Assembly: GCA_964019425.1 (NCBI GenBank)
Contig: OZ025788.1
Span: 558,001-622,000, forward strand
Reading direction: 5' to 3'
Origin: Flectonema sp. DT1601
Taxonomy: Eukaryota
Length of the DNA: 64,000 nt
Both the position numbers and the translations under genes were made by a program. The notes beneath the pieces were generated by a model. That model ran no database searches. It was not told the origin of the DNA and saw only the letters and a program-made list of their open reading frames with translations. Of the stretch, positions 1-9,825 are shown piece by piece; the stretch's first letter is position 1, and every line of letters starts with the position of its first letter.

Positions 1-93
1 ATTACCCCTCACAACCCTCCTGTTGTCGCTCCTACAGTGGCAGCAACTGGAAGTAGTTTTGTCGGAAACGTATTTTCCTTAAAGAAAAGATGA
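1..93 (+). CDS. possible 3' end of an upstream gene (partial)
   Basis: Frame 1 is open from base 1 to TGA 91-93 (ITPHNPPVVAPTVAATGSSFVGNVFSLKKR*), with coding-like composition. Too short to identify. Confidence 0.3.
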   Translation: MTPHNPPVVAPTVAATGSSFVGNVFSLKKR

Positions 94-249
94 GCTGAGT
101 TGATTCCCTTTATTATGAATTAGTAACATTCGGAGATCTCAAAAGACCGCCGACAGTTGAGATCTTAAACTCCGCTGTGATTGCTTTGATTAATTAGTTT
201 GTAAAATAGTAAACTTTTAATACATTTCACAGATCACATAATAAAGTAA

Positions 250-1335
250 ATGAGCTTTACAACGAAGTATTCAAAGGCTGATGCATACGCCAAGGCGAAG
301 AAGGACTGGATACGTAATGTTGAACAGCTATCAGAGTTAACTACAATGACAACTGATGATGAAGGTGGTGTTGTTCTTACGATAGGAGATAGAAGTGATT
401 CTAAGGGAGCGAGTTTCCTGAGGGAACCAGTTTGGGACACGAGAATGAGCGAGAAGACACTATACGATGTGCAGATGCTGATGGGAAAAAGTGATTTAAT
501 GAAATCTGCTCCGGAAAAAAGTCCTGAAAAAAAGTCAACAAATACAAAACCTGCTGAAGGAGCAGGACCAGACATGACAAAAGTCTCAGGACTCGCTGTA
601 TTAAATTCAGCGAAGTTCATTCTAAACATTGATGCTTCACAGAGCGAGTTGGCCGATGGAATGGGAGCATACGACTTCTCAAGAGGTAAGCAAAGAGTCA
701 CTTTTAAAAATGGAAGAGGACTTATAGCAAACAAACTAGTAGTCCGTAATCACAAAACACAAGAACAAATAATTGAAACAACAAGAGAAATTTTAATGGT
801 ACAGAAGAAGAAGAACACAGACAGCGCAACTACTTCACGAGTGCGACGGGAACCAACTTATGAAGAGATTGAGAACTTTAATTTCTCAGATTTTAAAGTA
901 GCAGGTTGTAAGAGTCAAGAAGAGGTACTAATCTCTGATCTGAAAGGAAACTCAACGATAGCATTATGCAATATGTTTAATGGGTTTGTACACCATCCTT
1001 ATCATATTGGTCTCGGTGATCATATCAATGCAGCTCAAGTAGTTGACATATCACGTCAGGCATGCAACGTTTTCCTTAACAGCAAATCATCTCAACCACC
1101 GGAAGAGTTCATTTTCGTTTCTTTTGAAATAAATTTCGTCTCATTCAACGAGCTAAGCGTTCCGATGGATGTGACGCTTTCGGAACACACAACAAAAACA
1201 GATTCAAAAAATAGAATTCTTCATTATTTTGATGTTGTTGTCCGTCAGGAACCTCGACTTTGCTCAACTATGAAGTGTTGTCTAATGCCTTTGAGAAATC
1301 TTCTTAGCGGTGGATCGCCTGTTGCGAAATTATAA
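250..1335 (+). CDS. AfsA/ScbA-like (A-factor biosynthesis) hotdog-fold protein with C-terminal PTS1-type signal AKL, 361 aa
   Basis: Motifs occur in AfsA order: linker SRVRRE (cf. YRRLR), AGCKSQEEVLISD (cf. VGRxxxxDVVLS), HHPYHIGLGDHINAAQVVDISRQA (cf. HPxxFDHxxDHVPGMLLLEAARQA), FVSFEINFVSFNELSVP (cf. FxxYxELDxP). Ends -AKL*. Intronless; TTTCACAG ends at 232, 17 nt before the ATG. Confidence 0.6.
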   Translation: MSFTTKYSKADAYAKAKKDWIRNVEQLSELTTMTTDDEGGVVLTIGDRSDSKGASFLREPVWDTRMSEKTLYDVQMLMGKSDLMKSAPEKSPEKKSTNTKPAEGAGPDMTKVSGLAVLNSAKFILNIDASQSELADGMGAYDFSRGKQRVTFKNGRGLIANKLVVRNHKTQEQIIETTREILMVQKKKNTDSATTSRVRREPTYEEIENFNFSDFKVAGCKSQEEVLISDLKGNSTIALCNMFNGFVHHPYHIGLGDHINAAQVVDISRQACNVFLNSKSSQPPEEFIFVSFEINFVSFNELSVPMDVTLSEHTTKTDSKNRILHYFDVVVRQEPRLCSTMKCCLMPLRNLLSGGSPVAKL

Positions 1336-1885
1336 AACATTCCTTCTGACTCTGTCAATATTTTAATTGGCGTACAAAATTTAAAATTTTCCTATCTAAC
1401 TCTTTGTATTTAATTAGTCTGCTGATTGAATTGGGGATTGATCTCTCACCCGAAGCGTTAGTTAGCTGTGTTCGTATTTGTGTGTTTTTTTAATCATCCT
1501 TAATCACCGAATATATAATTATTTTGTTCTTTTCTCAATCTCGGTTATTTCGAGTAGGGAAACCACCTCTCGATAGGGTTGAGGACACCTTTATAGATGC
1601 TTTTCCTTTTTGTTTATCTCTGTACCCGATTTGCTAAAAATATTGGCACTATGAAGCTTACCCGAAGCTCCATAGCTTTATTGCTATTTCTTTTTTCTAG
1701 TCATAAAAACCAAACATAAAGCCAAGGTGCAAAACCATTTTAGTAGGTTACCTTCTGAGATGCATAAGGTTTTTTTTTTTCTTTTCTTTTTCTTAAGGAT
1801 CTACCTTCCAGCCAGCTGATGATGTCTTTGATAAAAACCTTTATAGTCTCTTATTTCTGATGACATCTGGAGGCAAGAAAACGAT

Positions 1886-2072
1886 TCTACTGGTCTAGAG
1901 ACATACATGCTTTGCAGTGTTCCAATGGGTTTATCGGGCCAAGACTAGCTTCGGCGAGTGGCTTCAATCAAATTCATATCCAATAGGGATTGTGTGTGCA
2001 ATCCCCTAGCTCATCAGTAGATGGATAAGTGGTAGAGTAGGCAAACCACCTCTCCGAATCCTTACCCTTATC
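1886..2072 (+). ncRNA. candidate structured non-coding RNA or cis-element (unassigned)
   Basis: Nested stems: TCTACTG 1886-1892/CAGTAGA 2015-2021; ATGGGTTT 1925-1932/AAATTCAT 1970-1977; GGCCA 1937-1941/TGGCT 1959-1963 leading to cUUCGg 1949-1954; GGGATTG 1986-1992/CAATCCC 1999-2005; GATAAG.GGTA 2024-2034/TACCCTTATC 2063-2072. No family recognised. Confidence 0.25.
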
Positions 2073-2520
2073 AAGTTTACCTGCGTCATTTGCTCATATT
2101 CTAACTAATTAATGATGCATGGTCCAAAGAAAGATTTTTTTAATTTTAGCCCGAACCAAACCATTATTTGTTTGTTGTCAATCCTACGAATTCTTTTGCA
2201 TTTGATTCTTTTTGATTGACTGATAATAATTAATACAAACTAATTAATGATACTAACTAAGACCTGAAACTACGTTTTCCACGTTATATGGAACGGCAGA
2301 ACAATTTATTATAATGTTTTCACTAATCAAATGCATATTCTTTTTATAATCTCAATGAGACTCATATACTAACTCACAATTAGTTAAGGGTCCGAATGAG
2401 ATACATGTGGTTGTATCGGTTGTTGTGTTGTATTTAACCATTTTCAAAGCTATTTATCATCATCATCCCCCATGCAGTAATTAATCTGGTCGACACACCC
2501 AACCCCTATTTACTAACTAT

Positions 2521-3222
2521 ATGTCGAACCCATGCACTCCATTTGCTCCATCGAACTGCAGCATGACTCCGCCACCACCAATGCGTGAGTTAATTGATAT
2601 GTGTTCCAGAGGATGCTTTACTCCAGAGATGTCGAAGAAGGAGAAGGAAATTGAAATGTACTTGAGATCTCCATGCGACAGTGGGTGCTGGACTCCAGGA
2701 CCAGAAGAAGAAGAAGAGGAAGAAGTCACAGAGGAAACTTTAACTGTTGCAGTAGCTGATGCTATTGCTGACATCCTCCTCTCGTCAACTAGCAGGTCTG
2801 GTAACTCATCCGTATTCGATTCGAATAGTTTCACTGCTGACCTCGCAGACTACATCAGACGTATCGCATACTACAGTAAACTAACTATCGCTCCTTTTAT
2901 TGGAGCAGTTATGTTGATTGATAGATTGGATTCAAAGCACTCGAATATTATTACTCATAAATCTATTCATAAGTTGTTCTTGGCTGCAGTCTCAATCGCT
3001 CACAAGGCGCTTGAAGAGTACCAACTGACTAACAGCACGATTGCTGCAATTGGTGACATTACTATGGATGAGCTAAAGGCTTGTGAAGTTGAATTAGTGA
3101 CCCTTCTCGATTGGGAACTAGGATTCTCTGATGATAACTTACACAAATATCTGAGTCTTATCATCAACGCTGCTGGATGCTCAATGGACATTGTCGGAAA
3201 CATCGGATTTCTTGGATACTAA
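2521..3222 (+). CDS. PHO80-like / P(U)-type cyclin, 233 aa
   Basis: Cyclin box LADYIRRIAYYS...AVMLIDRL...IHKLFLAAVSIAHKALEE...NSTIAAIGDITMDELKACEVELVTLLDWEL matches the PHO80/CYCU pattern YLxRI..YIDR..VHRL..AAKFxDD..N..YAxVGG..ELNxLExxFL..LxFxL. Confidence 0.88.
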   Translation: MSNPCTPFAPSNCSMTPPPPMRELIDMCSRGCFTPEMSKKEKEIEMYLRSPCDSGCWTPGPEEEEEEEVTEETLTVAVADAIADILLSSTSRSGNSSVFDSNSFTADLADYIRRIAYYSKLTIAPFIGAVMLIDRLDSKHSNIITHKSIHKLFLAAVSIAHKALEEYQLTNSTIAAIGDITMDELKACEVELVTLLDWELGFSDDNLHKYLSLIINAAGCSMDIVGNIGFLGY

Positions 3223-4066
3223 TACCTATAGTTCTGTCATCTACGTATTAATGAAATAGTTTAGGCAAGGTGCTGGTTAGTTTATCTTGATAAGTTTTTT
3301 TTTTCCTTCTTTCTTTTTTTTTTTTTTTTCCTTCTTCTTTTCACTTTTTCTTTTGACAGAGTTGCTCAGAGTCAGTGTTAGGGATTTTTTGCCTTTTTTT
3401 TTTTCAGTTCTTTTTTTTTTTCCCCTTTTTTTTTTTTTTTTCCCTTTTTTTTTTCTTTCTTCTTCTTCTTGTTTTTCGTAAAAAAAAAGAAAAAAAAAAA
3501 AAGGAAAGCAAAAACGATAAATAAAGCAAAGAAAGCGAAGGGGTGGGGGAAAAAAAAAAAAACAACGAGAGTAAAATTGCAAGCCAACAATGATTCACTT
3601 TGGTCATCTCCTCACGATAGACTTGATGGCTTGTAAAATAAAATAATTTTCTTTTTTCTTTTCTATCACCATGGTTTCACGGTCGGTAGGTGACTCATTT
3701 TTTTTTATACTGTTGGGAGGGGTAGAGTATCCCTTTTTAGATTACAAAATTGTCTTTTTGTTCATTCACATTACACTACCGTTTTGTTTTGTTACTTTGA
3801 CAAGGTATTAAGCGCCGTTCAGAGGACTCCACTATTTCAAGTTTGCTTTTGTTTTGTGTGACGGGTCCTCAGCTGTCTTTTTCTTTTTTTGGTATTTTTG
3901 TGGCTGAGTTTTCCATTCATTTCTACGGTAATTTTTTCGCGTAAGGTTAAATGTCATATTTATTGTACATTTTGCAATACGCTTTTGCTTTTTAGTAACC
4001 ACTGGGAAAGGTGCTCATGTTCACATGTTGAGAAAAACAAGAAAGCTTTTGTGCACCACCGAAAAA

Positions 4067-4102
<36 letters not shown>

Positions 4103-6472
4103 GCTACTCGTATCATTAGTGATTGAAATCGTTGCCACATCTCCTTTATTCTTTTTGTAAAAAACTTTCTGCTATAATTGCTTAGTAAGCGACGGGTGAT
4201 ATTGGCGATATATATCGGACGATTTTTTTTAATTGATTTTTTATCTTTTCCTAAGTTAATAAAGCTCCCTTTGTTTTTGCTTATTGGATGACACGTATAA
4301 CCCTTTGTTAGCCTTTTTTGGTTGATAAGAGCGGAGAGAAGGTGGCTTCCTGGGTACCAGCTCGGTAGACGGCTGAGTCCTGTTACACGTGTGTACAACA
4401 ATAAAAAAAACAATGGAGAATAGTAAAAAAATAATAAAAACTACAACAGCAAAAAATGTAGAAAGGGAATTAAGGAAATTCCTTTTTTCTCTTTTTTTTT
4501 TTTTTTTCTCATGCTTCTTACTACCTTACGTAATCTTATCTCATATTTTTTTTTTTTTTTTGTTTTTTTTTTTGGTGTTTTATCATTCTTGAGTGAACGC
4601 TATTTTTATAGTTAAAAACACTAGTGAAGCAGTCAACTTTAATGATTAACTTTCCCTGTTGCCTTGATGCATATTATTGGAAGGTTATTATGGTTGATAT
4701 CCCACCTGTGGCTCATGCCGTGCCACTATTTTGTCTTAACAAATATTTTTCTTTTTATTGTTATTTTTTGTTTTGTTGAGGGGGCAATACTGGAAGATTC
4801 TTCCAATTATGCTCAGGTGTTGACGTGCATAGTCAAGCACTTTCTTGTTTTTAAAAAGTAAAAGAATTACCTTTTGACCGCGGACCATGGTGAGTTTAGG
4901 TGAAAGCCCTACAATGATTTCTAGCAACTTATGTCAAAAAAAAAAGAGATAAAAAAAGGTTATTTTATTGCTATTTTTGAAATGTTCTCTAAATTAGAAG
5001 AACACATTTAGTTAGGAAACTGTGCTACAAACTAATTGATCACGTGGACTAGCTACTTTACCTACAAATGTTTTCTCCAAAGTTTGGGGGTCGTCTTTGA
5101 AATGTTGTGAATTTTAATGGGAGGAAAAAGAAGGGGAAAAAAAAGAAGGAAAAAAAAAACTTTTTTTGAAAAAAAGAAGAAAGAAAGAAAAAAAAAACGA
5201 AAGATATAATAAAATATTTTATTCAAACTTATCCCCCCAATGACATATAGGTAAGTTACAAAATAAAAATAAAGCAAACAAAATAAATAATTGAACAGAC
5301 GAATCGTGTCTTCCCTTTCCCTCATCTGAATGTGTATGAACATGTTGTTTCAACACTGCTGCGTGACCAATACTCCCACCCCGTGCTCGTTTACGGGTTT
5401 TAACCTTAGCGAAGAAAATGGATCTGATCTTTTCTTGACCTTATCTTATTAAAAAAAAAAAGCACGTGTTTGTTAGTGTTTTTTTTTTTTTTTTTTTTTT
5501 TTTGTGTTTGTTGTTTCTGCTTCCCACATTTTGGTTATCCATCGGTGACTTTATAGAGGCTCGTGTTTCTTCAAGACTTTTCTTTTTTTCATTTTGTTCG
5601 GTTCTTTTTTTATTTTATTTTTTTATTTCTCGAATTTTTCGTTCTTTTCATAACCATTCCCAAAAAGTAAAGAGTGACTAGCACTGTTCTGCTTGTCTGA
5701 TTTCTTTATGTTGGGGAGAGAGTCTTTTTATTTTTATTTTATTCTTTTCGTTCAGTTATTCTTCTTGCGACTTGCGCAACAATTAGTTCTTAACAATAAA
5801 TTTGTGATATCCGTATTTTAATAGGGTTGGGCATTGTAGAAGCTTGCTACACACCTGAAATCGACTTTCGCACATTATAGTGTTCCGAGCTTCTTTCTCT
5901 ATCCCTTCTTGCTACAATTCAACGCCGTGTGTTAAGAACAATCCTCTATTTAAAGGTGCCGACAAATAGAGCAGCTGCTACACGTGAATTCTTACTACGC
6001 TACCTGCTATATAATTTACTTTATTTTTTCATTTTTTCTAAGCTGAGCTCGTGGCGGAATACTTTTTCCGCGAGGTTTGACTGCCTGAGCTCTCCCATTT
6101 ATTTCCATTGTTGTAGCGGCTGCTAAGAATGTTACTTAGCGTGAGGGAGTGCGGCTTGTTTGCAAAAAACGTAAATGTCGCTTCTTCAATGAGTTCGTTT
6201 TATTTTCCTTTCCATTTCCCCCCATTATGTATTTATTTAAGCTAAGTTAAGCATCACTATAGTCACTGTATCTTTAACAGAGGTTGAATAATCGTTTATG
6301 TTATGATACAATACAGTTGTATTTCCTTCTTTTTTTGGTGTGCTTGGCTGCAATGTTTCTAATGACTAATAACGTGGTAGTCACTTCCAAGAAAGCAGCA
6401 ACACTCTAACAAAACGAAGGGAAACATTCACTAGTGGTCTGCAAGCGTTATTCATTTGCTTACGTATGCGGA

Positions 6473-6544
6473 GTGTGTGTGTGTGTGTTGTGTTGTGTTG
6501 TGTTGTGTTGTGTTGTGTTGTGTTGTGTTGTGTTGTGTTGTGTT
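6473..6544. repeat. (GT)n followed by (GTGTT)12 microsatellite
   Basis: Directly visible; 12 GTGTT units at 6485-6544. Confidence 0.95.
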
Positions 6545-9423
6545 TTTTTTTTTTTTGCCACTGTATTTCATTTGCCAAAATCGTCATTAATCTAGCCTTT
6601 TGTTTACCTTGAATTCACAGATACGAAAAAATGAAAAAAGAATAAAATAATTAACAGAATAAACCCAAAAGAGCAAAAATAGAACAAGGAAATAAACAGC
6701 GACAATAAAGAGATTATTTTCTTTATATTCGTTTCCTCTCTATTGCTTAAACGATGGCATGCAGCGACACGTTTATTGTCACAGCATCTTCACTCGTGCT
6801 CTTTATGGAAAGGTATGGGAAAAAATAAAAGTAAGTAGGAGAAAATTACGTCATTTAACCTAAGGATAATCGTTCTTACGTTAATTGTTTTATGCAGATA
6901 ATTGTTTTTTGTTTTTTGTTTAAAAATTTGCCTTTGTGTTGTTATACAGACCTAAAGATTACTTTCCCCCACGGCCACAGAAGCTTTAGTGACGTCAAGT
7001 CACTTCTTTTCTCCTATTCGAAATTTTGTTTTACGACAAGAAGCGGTACTGACTTCTCACTTACGTACTTTTCCCTTACAGAATCCTCATAGGGAGCTGC
7101 TTGTATTCTAACAACCCACTTTCGTTAAATAATTGCCAGTCCGGTTAATAAAAAGCTTTATTCCCCTGTCTTACTATTTAAAGGAAGTTATCACTCTTTG
7201 ATATTCTTGTTCTGCGAAGTGTGTGCGAGCAGGTTATCGTTTTTTTCTACTATGGTCCCTAATTCTTCTTCTCGTTGAGTTTTTTTGCGTTTTTCAGATT
7301 CGATGTGTACTTCTGTTCGACGTTGGGAGACACGAGAGTCTGCGGTTGATGACATCACCTGCGTCAATATTGCTTCGTAAGTGCTGATAACAGTCGCTTC
7401 TCTACTTCGTCTCTTTCGGATGAGAAGCAGCCTTTTCGAAAACTGAAAGAAACGGAAGGGGCAAAAAAAAAAAAAAAAAAAAAAAGAAAACATTGTGTCG
7501 TGTACAGGCTTAGGTGTGTTTCGCTTTTTTCACCTGATCTCTTTTCACTTGAAGGGAATAACAGCGGGGATGAGCGAAACCTTGTATACTTTTTTACTTA
7601 TATACCGTTTGTTTTTCTTTATTTTAGTTTTACTTATTTCTCTTTATTTTCTCATCTTTTTTTTTCGTCTTCCAAATCTTTCGGGAAATGCGTTGCTAGG
7701 CTGTACGCAACCAGGTTGATTAGCACATGTTTAGCTTATTAATTCACTACTGGTATTCCATTTTGGGTAGATAATTTATATTGACAAATCTGGTTAGCTC
7801 GGGGTGATGTTCTTTGGGTCATTTGTGATAAGCATGTGTGAGTAGTCATCTTTATTCCAACATTTGTGGGTTCATATCTAGTATAAGCTTGTGTGCTGCA
7901 AATCTGTTTACCCAACAAAACATAAAGCAAAATAAAAAAAACAGTAGTTGCTAACAAATTGCTCCCTTTGTGCCGTAATTTCCCTCTAAATAACGGAAAT
8001 GAAGTATTTTTTTTTTTTCCATATTTTTTTTTTTTTTCTTTATCAAGGAGTGTTCTATCTAGCCTTGTTTTTTTCTTTCTTTCTTGAATCCATTTTTAGA
8101 GGGTTGCTTGGAATCTGAGGAATGTCTTATTTAGGTTTCTTTTTTTTTTTTATATCGAAATCATGAAAATACTACGCCGTTAAATGAAGTGAGGTTTTCC
8201 TTCTATTTCTGTTTTATTAGTTTTGAAAAAACTGTTGACCACTCATACCACACAGCTGACACAGTTTGTCTTGTGCACACACACAGACTCAAACATTAAT
8301 GTTTCGTAAGCCAGTTGCACCCTAAAAGTGTACTGAAAACAACATTCCTTCCCTTTACCCAAAAGGTTCATATTTGTGTTTGCTATTACTACCTGGTTTT
8401 CGTTTACTGTACTGTAATCATCTTTTTATTTGCGAAAGTGGTTAGTGTTGTTTGCCTGAGCTTTATTAATAATTATTATAATTTATTATGAATTTCTTTT
8501 TATTTTTTTTATCACGATAAGACTCAGTCTGTGGCTCCAGCCTTCGGATTAGTTAGTTGTACGTGGTCGGCTCATTTTTAAGAAAAATAATATTACGGTT
8601 TTTTTTTTTTTCTTCTTTTTTTTTTTCCCCCTATCTTGTGGAATGTAATTTTCTTTGATTAACAACTACGAATATTTTTCAAGTACTTGATATTAATTTT
8701 GTTTTAATACCTAAAGTTGTTATTGTTTTTACATTGTCAAAGTTTCACCCCTATTTTGTGGAAATCACTTAATTCAGTGCTTTCCGTTTCTTGCGTCGCC
8801 GAGCATTCAAGGCTCTCAATGCGTTTCTTTTTAATAATTTATGTCATTACTGTAATTGCCATTCGTGACACAAATAGATCCTTCGTAGGTCTGGCCATTT
8901 GTTTCTTACACTTGTAAGTATATTGTCTTGCAAAAAGTTCATTTTGTAAGAAAGTCCATCAATACGATTATTTTTGTGTTTCCCAAATGGAATTGCCGTG
9001 TTTTGTTCAGTGTCGAAAATGAAACAGCAAAAAAAAAAAAAATTAAAGACTATCAACCAGTTTTTTTCCTCAGATAGAATTCTAACTGACAAAGAAAAAA
9101 CAAAAAGAACTGTTAGTATGTTTTCTTCTCGGTATGAAAAAGATAAAATAAATAAAAATTGCTAACGAGACAGTTTGTAGTCTTTTTGTCGTAGAGATAA
9201 AAATTTTAAAAAAAAAAAAGAACAAGAAAAAAAAAACTCTCTAAAACAATGAGTGGCATTCTATTAAATGCATCGGCAATCTCACGTCAAAAAAAAAATA
9301 ACAACCAAAAATAACTAATTTTATTATTTGCAAAGATTCATTCTTGCTTTATATGACTGTACGACGTATGGGTAACTTGAATTCGATCCAAGCCATCTTT
9401 CCCCGTAGTTTAAACAGTTTCCT

Positions 9424-9472
<49 letters not shown>

Positions 9473-9787
9473 ATTTCCGTGCATGCTTCCTTGCTCATTT
9501 TTTTTTTTCTTTCTGTTTTTTGAAAAAAAAAAAAAATGATTTTATGAGCTGTTGAGTCAACAGTGTTTTCTTGAAATTGACAAAAAAAAAAAATAAAAGA
9601 GAAAAGATGATTGATCTCGCCATTCTCAACGATACGAGACCCCGCTGCCACTTAGATGGTGCAGCAACGTTTTACACGTACTTACAGTGTTCTGCGATCA
9701 CAGTGCGCGAATAGTTTCTTGTATTCGTTATGCACAAAGGCAAGTCGAAAAAAAAAAGAAATAAAGAAACGAAATATTATTTGGGTA

Positions 9788-9825
<38 letters not shown>

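Noticed and set aside
1724..1830. TPP-riboswitch-like words GGTGC...CTGAGA...TACCTT
   Set aside because: Spacing is wrong, and the ACCUGAU...AAUxCCxGCGxAGGGA half is absent.
1816..2019. Hammerhead core CUGAUGA (+1816, +1857, and minus strand near 2017)
   Set aside because: No stem II closed directly by GAAA in any case.
1901..2030. U1 snRNA idea (ACATAC is complementary to the GTATGT donors, and the fold is cloverleaf-like)
   Set aside because: No U1-70K loop (GAUC..GAAG), no Sm site, and no CCUG after ACAUAC.
4350..4395. tRNA D-arm-like AGCTCGGTAGA
   Set aside because: No T-arm GTTCRA or acceptor stem; no tRNA was found in the window.
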